NCBI GenBank assembly: GCA_050950825.1
Contig: JBMNIH010000004.1
Span: forward strand, 608,001 to 672,000
From: Clostridia bacterium
Lineage (GTDB): Bacteria; Bacillota; Clostridia; JAAYHZ01
DNA: 64,000 nt
Direction: 5' to 3'
Of the stretch, positions 16,572 to 24,706 are shown in pieces. The notes under the pieces were generated by a model that searched no databases, was not told the origin of the DNA, and was given only the letters and a program-made list of their open reading frames with translations. Positions within the stretch are counted from its first letter, which is position 1; each line of letters starts with the position of its first letter. Made by a program: the position numbers and the translations under genes.

Positions 16572-16735
16572 AACGTGCTGTGCGGCCGCTTAAGGAAAAG
16601 GATTTATTTAATTAAAAGCCGCTTCTCCTTTCGATTAGTGATTTAAAAATTCCATTATTCAATATTAGGGATTACCGCAGCAATCCCTAGTCGATTCATT
16701 TTATTCTTCGCCTAAATGGTAAATATATTATAGCA
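16572..16735 (-). promoter_or_regulatory. aroF promoter and structured 5' leader
   Basis: Extended -10 TGCTATAAT (16735-16727). Hairpin TAGGGATTGC-TGCG-GTAATCCCTA. SD GAAAGGAG at 16632-16625, separated from the ATG by a second hairpin. Confidence 0.45.
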
Positions 16736-16835
16736 TGGTTTTATCATAAAAAGAATGTTCTTCCTTTATTACTCAAGAGAAAAACCCATGCAACTGTTTC
16801 GAAAAATATACAAAGGTGTGGTATAATTCAAAATC

Positions 16836-18695
16836 ATGAACAACGATTTTTTACCTGTAACAAAAGAAGATATGAAGGCTCGAGGGTGGGATTCTTGCGA
16901 TTTTGTCCTCATAACCGGAGACGCTTATGTAGACCACTCTTCCTTTGGTGCTGCCGTCATTTCAAGAGTTCTCGAATCGAAAGGATACAAGGTGGGAATT
17001 ATTCCGCAGCCGAACGTGAACAACCTTGATGATTTTCGAAGGTTAGGGGAGCCCAATTTGGCCTTCTTAGTGACATCCGGGAATATGGATTCCATGGTGA
17101 ATCACTATACTTCGGTAAAGAAAAGAAGAAAGCAAGACGCCTATTCCCCCGGAGGGAAGACCGGATATCGTCCGGACCGTGCCGTCATTGTTTATTGCAA
17201 TAAAATAAGGGAAGCTTTTAAAAACGCCTCCATATTAATCGGCGGTATTGAAAGCTCGTTAAGGAGATTTGCCCATTACGACTATTGGAGCGATACGGTA
17301 AGGCGATCGATATTGTTCGACTCGAAGGCCGATCTTTTGGCATACGGTATGGGGGAGTCCCATATCGTGGAGATTGCCGAAGCTTTACGCAACGGCATAA
17401 GTCTTAAGGATATCGCCCACGTGAGGGGAACCTGTTTTAAAATATCCTCGTTGGCGGGATTAGGAGATTATGTTTTGGTTCCCTCCTATGAAGAAGTAAA
17501 AAATGATAAAGCTTTATATGCGAAATGCTTTAAAATATTAAGTGAACAGCAAGATCCCTACAGGGGAAAGATCATCGTGCAGCCTCACGGCGACTCCTTT
17601 TTGGTTCAGAATCCTCCGGATTTTCCTTTAAATACGGAGCAAATGGACGCGGTATACGAGCTTCCGTATACGGGTACTTATCATCCCATGTACGAAAGCC
17701 AAGGGGGCATTCCGGCCTTGCAAGAAGTGAAGTTTTCCATTACTTCATCTAGGGGATGCTACGGAAGCTGTTCGTTCTGTGCATTGACATTTCACCAAGG
17801 ACGAATCGTTTCCGCCAGAAGCCACGAATCGGTGTTGAGGGAAGCGGAGAGGATGACGAAGGATCCGGACTTTAAAGGCTACATCCACGATGTAGGCGGT
17901 GCTACCGCCAATTTCAGAGGGCCGGCTTGCAAAAAACAAACAAAGTCGGGAACGTGTATCGACAAAAGCTGTTTGTATCCTACCGTATGCAAAGCTATAG
18001 ACCCGGATCATACGGACTATTTAATCCTTTTAAGAAAATTAAGGCAATTAAAGGGAGTAAAAAAAGTGTTTATTCGTTCCGGCATTCGGTACGATTTTGC
18101 TTTGGCGGATACCAAAAGCGGTTTCATCGACGAAATTGCCAAATACCACGTCAGCGGACAATTGAGAGTGGCTCCCGAGCATGTTTCTCCTAAGGTTTTG
18201 CAGTATATGAGAAAGCCCGATATCGGTGTTTTTAATCTGTTTATCGAACGATTCGCCATGGCTACAAAAAAAGCCGGGAAGGAACAATACGTGGTGCCCT
18301 ATTTTATCTCGTCTCATCCGGGATCCACCCTTGACGATGCCGTGATGCTGGCGGAATATATGAGAGACCACCGCATCTATGCGGAGCAGGTTCAAGATTT
18401 TTATCCTACTCCGGGTACCGTATCCACCGTAATGTACTATACGGGAATCGATCCTTACACAATGAAACCGGTGTATGTACCCAAAGGGGAAGAAAAGCGT
18501 ATGCAAAGAGCCCTTTTACAATATCGAGACAAACGAAATGAACGTCTTGTTCGAGAAGCCTTACTTGCCGCACATCGAGAGGATTTGATCGGGTACGGGA
18601 AAAAAGCTTTGGTTCCCCCGGAAAAACCGAAAAAGGAAAGGGAAGGACAACCGCGAAAAAGGAAAGGAGAAAGAGAAAATGGAAAAAGGAAATAA
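16836..18695 (+). CDS. ygiQ: YgiQ family radical SAM protein (UPF0313)
   Basis: GDAYVDHSSFG, GNMDSMVNHYT, GCYGSCSFC (CxxxCxxC), QVQDFYPTP. Confidence 0.92.
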   Translation: MNNDFLPVTKEDMKARGWDSCDFVLITGDAYVDHSSFGAAVISRVLESKGYKVGIIPQPNVNNLDDFRRLGEPNLAFLVTSGNMDSMVNHYTSVKKRRKQDAYSPGGKTGYRPDRAVIVYCNKIREAFKNASILIGGIESSLRRFAHYDYWSDTVRRSILFDSKADLLAYGMGESHIVEIAEALRNGISLKDIAHVRGTCFKISSLAGLGDYVLVPSYEEVKNDKALYAKCFKILSEQQDPYRGKIIVQPHGDSFLVQNPPDFPLNTEQMDAVYELPYTGTYHPMYESQGGIPALQEVKFSITSSRGCYGSCSFCALTFHQGRIVSARSHESVLREAERMTKDPDFKGYIHDVGGATANFRGPACKKQTKSGTCIDKSCLYPTVCKAIDPDHTDYLILLRKLRQLKGVKKVFIRSGIRYDFALADTKSGFIDEIAKYHVSGQLRVAPEHVSPKVLQYMRKPDIGVFNLFIERFAMATKKAGKEQYVVPYFISSHPGSTLDDAVMLAEYMRDHRIYAEQVQDFYPTPGTVSTVMYYTGIDPYTMKPVYVPKGEEKRMQRALLQYRDKRNERLVREALLAAHREDLIGYGKKALVPPEKPKKEREGQPRKRKGERENGKRK

Positions 18696-19785
18696 AATCA
18701 TGACGTCAAGAGAACGGGTTATAGAGACCTTTAAACACGGCAATCCCGACCGAGTTCCCATTGATTATCATGCCAATCCGGGCATCGATTACAGGTTAAA
18801 AAAATACTTCGGGTTGGACAAGAATGACGGTGAGGGATTAAGAAAAGCCTTGGGCGTCGATTTTAAAGGGGTTTCTCCCGTGTATAAGGGTCCGGTTCTG
18901 CATCCGCCGATAAAAGACCGAAGAGTGGACCCGCAATGGGGATGGGTTACTCGGTACGTGGAACACGCTACCGGGTCGTATTGGGATTATTGCGATTTTC
19001 CTTTGCAAAATGCGGATTTGGACCAAGTGGAAAAGTGGCCTATGCCTTCCGTAGAGGACTATGATTTTTCTCATATCAAAGAGTTTTGCAAAAAGAATCG
19101 GGATTTTGCTTTGTATGTAGGAAACGCCGGAGTAGGGGATTGTGTCAACACGGTGAGTTTTTGGACCGGATATACGGAAGCGCTGATCGGCTTTGCTACC
19201 GAAGATCCTGCAATTTTGCGATTGATTGACCGAAGACACGAAATCCAATACGAATTGGTGAAAAGAACCTTGGAAGAAGCCGAGGGGATGATAACCTTTT
19301 TATGGCTGGGTGAAGATTTAGGCGCCCAAGATCGGCCTTTATACGGCATCGACATGTTTCGTAAGCATATACGGCCTCGCTTGCAAAGGTTTGTTGATTT
19401 GGCCAAAGAATTCGGTGTCTATACCATGATTCATAGCTGCGGGTCCAGCAGTTGGGCTTTTCCCGACTTTATCGAAATGGAGATTGATGCGGTGGATACT
19501 CTACAGCCGGAAGCATTAAACATGTCTCCGGAGTACTTGGTTCGGAATTTCGGAGAGCAGTTGTCTTTCCACGGTTGTATTTCGACGGCGGGACCGGTGG
19601 CGACCGGTACTCCCGAAGAAGTCATTGCCGATTGTACCCGCATATTAAATGTGATGATGAAGACAAGAGGGTATTTTTTCTCACCCACCCATTCCTTGCA
19701 GGATAATTCGCCGGTGGAAAACGTCATTGCCATGTACCAAACGGCTCATGAAAAGGGTCGGTACGACAGAGAAGAAGGAGAATAA
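18679..19785 (+). CDS. Uroporphyrinogen decarboxylase-like family protein
   Basis: MTSRERV..PDRVP, GEDLGAQ, HSCG, DTLQPEA, FHGCIS, FSPTHSLQ..PVENV. The start could be ATG at 18700. Confidence 0.8.
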   Translation: MEKGNKIMTSRERVIETFKHGNPDRVPIDYHANPGIDYRLKKYFGLDKNDGEGLRKALGVDFKGVSPVYKGPVLHPPIKDRRVDPQWGWVTRYVEHATGSYWDYCDFPLQNADLDQVEKWPMPSVEDYDFSHIKEFCKKNRDFALYVGNAGVGDCVNTVSFWTGYTEALIGFATEDPAILRLIDRRHEIQYELVKRTLEEAEGMITFLWLGEDLGAQDRPLYGIDMFRKHIRPRLQRFVDLAKEFGVYTMIHSCGSSSWAFPDFIEMEIDAVDTLQPEALNMSPEYLVRNFGEQLSFHGCISTAGPVATGTPEEVIADCTRILNVMMKTRGYFFSPTHSLQDNSPVENVIAMYQTAHEKGRYDREEGE

Positions 19786-19790
19786 CAAAT

Positions 19791-20618
19791 ATGAGAGCGA
19801 GCTACCATACGCACAGTCGTTACTGCGACGGAAAAGGGAATTTGGAAGACTACGTTCAAAGAGCCCTTGAATTAAAATGGAAGGTCTTGGGCTTTTCCGC
19901 TCATGCTCCGTTGCCTTTTGAAACGGAATGGACGTTAAAAAAGGAAGACCTGCCCTTGTATTTGAAAGAAGCTTTTATGCTTAAAGAAAAGTACAAAAAC
20001 GAAATACAGCTTTATGTAGGGCTTGAGACCGATTATATTAAAGACACGGATATCAATATTCCGGAGGGCTTGGACTATTATTTGTTTTCCGTTCACTACG
20101 TACGAACCGAAAAAAATGACAGGCTTATCCCGGTGGACGGTCCTTTCGACATGGTGGAAAAAGGCATACAAGAATGCTATGACGGAGACGGAAAAGCGTA
20201 TACCGTTGATTACTATTCCCAATACCGAGAAATGATCCGTAACAAAAGGCCGGTTTTGTCGGGCCATTTGGATCTATTAAAGAAGAACAATAAAAACAAC
20301 TTCATATTTAACGAGCAAGAATCCTGGTACAAGGATGAAGTGGAAAAAACTTTGAAAACGGTAAAAGAATTCGGCTGCATTTTGGAAATCAACACCGGAG
20401 GCTTGTCCCGAAAGTATACGGATACGGCATACCCATCCCCTTGGATTATTGAAATCATGAAGGAAATGGAAATTCCCATAGTTTTAAATTCCGATGCCCA
20501 TAATCCTTTGTGGCTGGATACCGCCTACGGTGAAACGGAAGAGCTGTTAAAAAAGATCGGCTACAAAACCCAACGGGCTTTGTACGACGGAATTTGGCAA
20601 GACGTCCCCATAGGATAA
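19791..20618 (+). CDS. hisK: PHP-family histidinol-phosphatase (HisK/HisJ-like)
   Basis: YHTHSRYCDG, SAHAP, GLETDY, SVH, GHLD, EINTGG, NSDAH. Confidence 0.8.
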   Translation: MRASYHTHSRYCDGKGNLEDYVQRALELKWKVLGFSAHAPLPFETEWTLKKEDLPLYLKEAFMLKEKYKNEIQLYVGLETDYIKDTDINIPEGLDYYLFSVHYVRTEKNDRLIPVDGPFDMVEKGIQECYDGDGKAYTVDYYSQYREMIRNKRPVLSGHLDLLKKNNKNNFIFNEQESWYKDEVEKTLKTVKEFGCILEINTGGLSRKYTDTAYPSPWIIEIMKEMEIPIVLNSDAHNPLWLDTAYGETEELLKKIGYKTQRALYDGIWQDVPIG

Positions 20619-20637
20619 CGGAACAGGCGGTGAAAGT

Positions 20638-21183
20638 ATGAAATATTACAAGACGGCGATGATTCGCCCGGATTTGCAATGGATACCCGGATACTCGCTT
20701 CCGGATGGATACAAGCTTCAATTATTTCAGGAAAAGGACGAGATCCGTTGGGCTCAAATCGTGTGTGCGGCGGGAGAATTTCCGAGTGTTGACGATGCTT
20801 TGAAGCACTTTGAAAACGAATTTTCACCCTATACGGAGGAAATGAAAAAAAGATGTGTTTTCTTGACAAGTCCGGATAACGAGTACATAGGAACGACCAC
20901 GGCTTGGTACGGGGACTTTCAGGGAGAGAGAATGGGAAGAATCCATTGGGTTGCCATAAAACCCGAATACCAAGGAAGAGGATTGGCAAAGCCCATGCTG
21001 TCTTATGCTCTTTCCGTTTTGGCGCAATACCACGATCGCGCGTATTTGACCACCCAAACCGTGTCTTGGAAAGCCGTCAACATGTATTTAAGCTTCGGTT
21101 TCCGACCCGTAAAGCGAAGCGACGATGACGAAGACTTTGACACCGCATGGGCTCTTATTTATGAGCAATTAAAATTGAAGTAA
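20638..21183 (+). CDS. GNAT family N-acetyltransferase
   Basis: IHWVAIKPEYQGRGLAK acetyl-CoA motif and AVNMYLSFGF. Confidence 0.88.
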   Translation: MKYYKTAMIRPDLQWIPGYSLPDGYKLQLFQEKDEIRWAQIVCAAGEFPSVDDALKHFENEFSPYTEEMKKRCVFLTSPDNEYIGTTTAWYGDFQGERMGRIHWVAIKPEYQGRGLAKPMLSYALSVLAQYHDRAYLTTQTVSWKAVNMYLSFGFRPVKRSDDDEDFDTAWALIYEQLKLK

Positions 21184-21233
21184 AATTGTTATTTATCTAT
21201 TAACCGATTTTACAGAGGGAGGTACAAAAAGAA

Positions 21234-21740
21234 GTGAAAAGATACATTCAAATATTGATCCCGATCCTATTGACGGTTTTGCTTTTCAGTGCATGCAAAA
21301 AGACGGATTCTTTCAGTGAAGCGGACTTGGAGTTTACGGTAAACGGCAAAGTATTTACGTTAGATTCCGACGCGGCATTGCTGCTGGAGGAATTAGGGGA
21401 ACCCGAAGAAGTTCAAGAAGCACCCAGCTGCTTATACGAAGGCATGGACAAGGTCTATACTTACAAAGGCGTAGAAATCTATACCTACCCTTATGAAGGA
21501 AAGGATTTGATCGATGAAATTTTTATCACCGATTCCGCTTATGAAACCAAAAGAGGTATCAAGGTAGGGGACACAAAGGAAGACTTAATCAAAGCCTACG
21601 GAGAAGATTATGTGGACGAAGGGGGTATTTATCGTTACGCACTGAAAAAAGGAGATTTGGACAGTCCCTGCATTTACTTTACCATTGATAACGATATAAT
21701 CACCGGCATCAGCTTATACAGCGCAAGCAACATATCTTGA
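21234..21740 (+). CDS. Uncharacterised lipoprotein
   Basis: SD GGAGG, lipobox FSA|C, TKRGIKVGDT..D..KAYG motif. Directly precedes the MBOAT gene. Confidence 0.75.
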   Translation: MKRYIQILIPILLTVLLFSACKKTDSFSEADLEFTVNGKVFTLDSDAALLLEELGEPEEVQEAPSCLYEGMDKVYTYKGVEIYTYPYEGKDLIDEIFITDSAYETKRGIKVGDTKEDLIKAYGEDYVDEGGIYRYALKKGDLDSPCIYFTIDNDIITGISLYSASNIS

Positions 21741-21776
21741 TGAAAGCATGAAAATCGGGGTAACAGGAGAGAACCT

Positions 21777-23186
21777 ATGGTATTTAGCTCCACGGTATTT
21801 TTATTCATTTTTCTGCCTTTGACTTTTTTCTTAAATCTGATCTTGCCTGAGAAATACAGGAACGGAATGCTCCTGTTTTTCAGCTTGCTTTTTTATGCGT
21901 GGGGAGAACCCGTTTTCGTTTTGATTATGCTCTTTTCCATAACCGTGAACTACGGAATCGGTGTCGCCATGGCTAAAGGAAATCCGAAAAGGCGGAAAGC
22001 TTGGCTTGTTACCGCGGTTGTCGCCAATTTGGCCTTGTTATTTGTATTCAAATACACGAACTTTTTTGTACGAAACCTCAATTCCTTTTTCCACTTAAAC
22101 ATCCGCATACCCGAAATTCCCCTGCCCATCGGTATTTCCTTTTTTACCTTTCAAGCCATGTCTTATGTCATAGACATATACAAAGGAACGGTGAAGGCGG
22201 AGCAAAAATTCCTGAACACCGCTTTATACATTTCCCTATTCCCGCAGCTGATCGCAGGCCCCATTGTAAAATACAACGATATTCAAGAGCAACTGGAGAA
22301 ACGAGAAATCTCGGCACGGAAAATCAAGGAAGGCATACGGCGGTTTATTGTTGGTTTAGGCAAAAAGCTACTCATTGCCAACTTGATAGGAAAGACGGCG
22401 GATGCCGTATTTTCCATGGACCCCAATTCATTAAATGTTGTTTTGGCATGGGTGGGTGCCGTCGCTTACTGTATCCAGATCTATTTCGATTTTTCCGGAT
22501 ATTCCGACATGGCCATCGGTTTGGGAAAGATGTTCGGGTTCGACTTTAAAGAAAACTTCAATTACCCGTATACGGCAACGAGCATCACCGATTTTTGGAG
22601 ACGCTGGCATATTTCTTTAACCTCTTGGTTTCGTGAATATTTGTATATTCCCTTAGGAGGAAATCGAAAAGGGGACAAAAGGACTCTTTTGAATATATTC
22701 ATCGTGTACCTATGTACCGGCTTTTGGCACGGAGCGGAATGGACCTTTTTGGTATGGGGAATTTTCCATGCCTTCTTTATGATTTTGGAAAGGGCTAAAA
22801 TTATCCAAACGGAAAAGTTTAAGTATCGTTGGCTCGCAAGACTCTATGTGCTTCTTGTCGTCTTGACGGGATTTGTCATGTTCCGAGCCGAAAACCTTAC
22901 CCAAGGAGTGAAAATCATCGGGAAGCTTTTTACCGGGTTTTCTTTTCAGCCGGGTTGGCACGTCATGCTGTACGACTTTTTGTCTCCGCTAACCGTTCTT
23001 GTGTTTTTCTTATCCTTTATTGCGGCGACTCCCGTTTTAACGAACCTTTTGAAGGACTTTACAGAAAAGCTTACCGAGCCCAAAGCGGAGGGCATACGAA
23101 ACATTTTATCCATAGCCTTGTTTTTGCTTTGCATCATGGCGATTTCCACCGAGACGTACAACCCGTTTATCTATTTCAGGTTTTAG
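21777..23186 (+). CDS. MBOAT family O-acyltransferase (AlgI/PatA-like)
   Basis: MVFSS, PIGISFFTFQAMSY, FPQLIAGPI, QIYFDFSGYSDMAIG, FWRRWHISL, GFWHGA, PFIYFRF. Confidence 0.93.
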   Translation: MVFSSTVFLFIFLPLTFFLNLILPEKYRNGMLLFFSLLFYAWGEPVFVLIMLFSITVNYGIGVAMAKGNPKRRKAWLVTAVVANLALLFVFKYTNFFVRNLNSFFHLNIRIPEIPLPIGISFFTFQAMSYVIDIYKGTVKAEQKFLNTALYISLFPQLIAGPIVKYNDIQEQLEKREISARKIKEGIRRFIVGLGKKLLIANLIGKTADAVFSMDPNSLNVVLAWVGAVAYCIQIYFDFSGYSDMAIGLGKMFGFDFKENFNYPYTATSITDFWRRWHISLTSWFREYLYIPLGGNRKGDKRTLLNIFIVYLCTGFWHGAEWTFLVWGIFHAFFMILERAKIIQTEKFKYRWLARLYVLLVVLTGFVMFRAENLTQGVKIIGKLFTGFSFQPGWHVMLYDFLSPLTVLVFFLSFIAATPVLTNLLKDFTEKLTEPKAEGIRNILSIALFLLCIMAISTETYNPFIYFRF

Positions 23187-23196
23187 GAGGTTATGC

Positions 23197-24633
23197 GTGA
23201 ATAAAAAGAGAGATCTGTTCTATATCATTCTTTTCTTTTTAATAGTATCCCTGCCCGTTTTAAGCATGGCGGCGGGTATCAAAATCAAAAGCAGCGAAAA
23301 CAGACAGCTGTCTTCCATGCCTGAATGGATTAAGGACGGAAAATGGAACGTGAATTTTACCGGGGAATTCGATACCTATTTTTCCGAAAATTTCGGCTTA
23401 CGCCCTTTGTATATATCCGCTTACGCAGGACTTAATTATTATCTTTTGGGCCATTCGGTCAACGAGCAAGTGATACCCGGCAAAAACGGGTGGCTGTATT
23501 TTGACAAAACGGTCCCGGATTACACCGGGGAAACCTTATGGACCGAATATGAAATCGAAAAACTGGTTCGCATCCTTCAAATACAAAAGGATTGGTTGGC
23601 GGAAAAAGGAATCGACTTCATTTTTATGCCGGTTCCTAACAAAAACACCGTTTACCCGGAATATATGCCGAAGCGTTACGGCGAGAAGAAAGCGAAAAAC
23701 TTGGAGCTGTTAAGAGCCGCTTTCGAAACATCGGATATCCTTTATATCGATCTTTTGACCTTGTTTGAAAAAGAAAACACTACGCTCTACCAAAAGAAGG
23801 ACACCCACTGGAACGGCTACGGTGCCGTTTTGGCTTTGGAAGAAATTCTGAAGGCCGTAAACGAAGACAATCAAGACGATAAGATCAACCAAACGATTCG
23901 AAGCTTGGCGGATAGCCGACAAGCCATCCTTTCGAAGAATGAAAAAAGAGATTTTGAAGAATTCTCCCTGTTGGCTTATCGAAAAATTCGAACCGGGGAT
24001 TTGGGCCGCATGTTAATCCCGGCCTACGGAATGGCCGAAACGTCTTTGGTCATCGAAACGAAGGGCAATTACAAAACCTTAAGCCGGATGCGGTCTTTTG
24101 AGGATTTGACCATCGAAACGGAATCGGCAGGTTTTGATAAAAAGCTTCTGATGTTCCGGGATTCCTTTGCCAATATTCTCATCCCTCTTGTATCCGAAGC
24201 TTTCGAGTACTGCTGTTATTCTCGAAGCATTCCTTACGATTACAGAATAACGAAAGAAAAGGAATTTGATGTTGTGGTGGCTCAAATTGTGGAAAGAAAC
24301 TTAAAAGACCTTTTGGAAAACGCGCCCATTATGCCGGCTCGACCGGTGCAAAAGAATCCTTCCGGTCTATCGGAGGTACCGGGACAAAATCAAGATATCC
24401 GGATCGATCGACAATACGGACTTACGAGAATAAGCGGATTTTTGCCGAACCTTCACGTTAGCGAAATTTACGTATTCGTCGGCGAAGACCTATATCCCGC
24501 ATTTCCCGTACCGGCGAACGACCTTCAAGAGCCATACCAAAACCGGGAAGGCACGGGCTTTACCATGTTTCTTGATACGGAGGCTTCCGATATAGACTCC
24601 GTGCAGGTATTTTACCGAAATCGAGGGGAATAA
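23197..24633 (+). CDS. AlgJ/AlgX-like (DHHW family) SGNH O-acetyltransferase
   Basis: N-terminal anchor, ENRQL, GKNGWLY, PNKNTVYPEYMP, KDTHWN (Asp-His) and RDSF (Ser). Confidence 0.85.
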   Translation: MNKKRDLFYIILFFLIVSLPVLSMAAGIKIKSSENRQLSSMPEWIKDGKWNVNFTGEFDTYFSENFGLRPLYISAYAGLNYYLLGHSVNEQVIPGKNGWLYFDKTVPDYTGETLWTEYEIEKLVRILQIQKDWLAEKGIDFIFMPVPNKNTVYPEYMPKRYGEKKAKNLELLRAAFETSDILYIDLLTLFEKENTTLYQKKDTHWNGYGAVLALEEILKAVNEDNQDDKINQTIRSLADSRQAILSKNEKRDFEEFSLLAYRKIRTGDLGRMLIPAYGMAETSLVIETKGNYKTLSRMRSFEDLTIETESAGFDKKLLMFRDSFANILIPLVSEAFEYCCYSRSIPYDYRITKEKEFDVVVAQIVERNLKDLLENAPIMPARPVQKNPSGLSEVPGQNQDIRIDRQYGLTRISGFLPNLHVSEIYVFVGEDLYPAFPVPANDLQEPYQNREGTGFTMFLDTEASDIDSVQVFYRNRGE

Positions 24634-24706
24634 GGCCGAGAACGAATTTGACGGCAGACGGCTAAGACAAATAAGATAGTGACAGTCAAAAGAGGAATGT
24701 TAGGAG

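Noticed and set aside
16572-16730. T-box riboswitch or classical leader-peptide attenuator for aroF-tyrA
   Set aside because: No GGTGGnACC T-box, no U-tailed terminator, the leader is too short, and the uORFs are not rich in aromatic codons.
21777-24633. dlt operon (DltB/DltD)
   Set aside because: No DltA or DltC. The motifs and the C-terminal FIYFRF match AlgI/PatA with an AlgJ-type partner.
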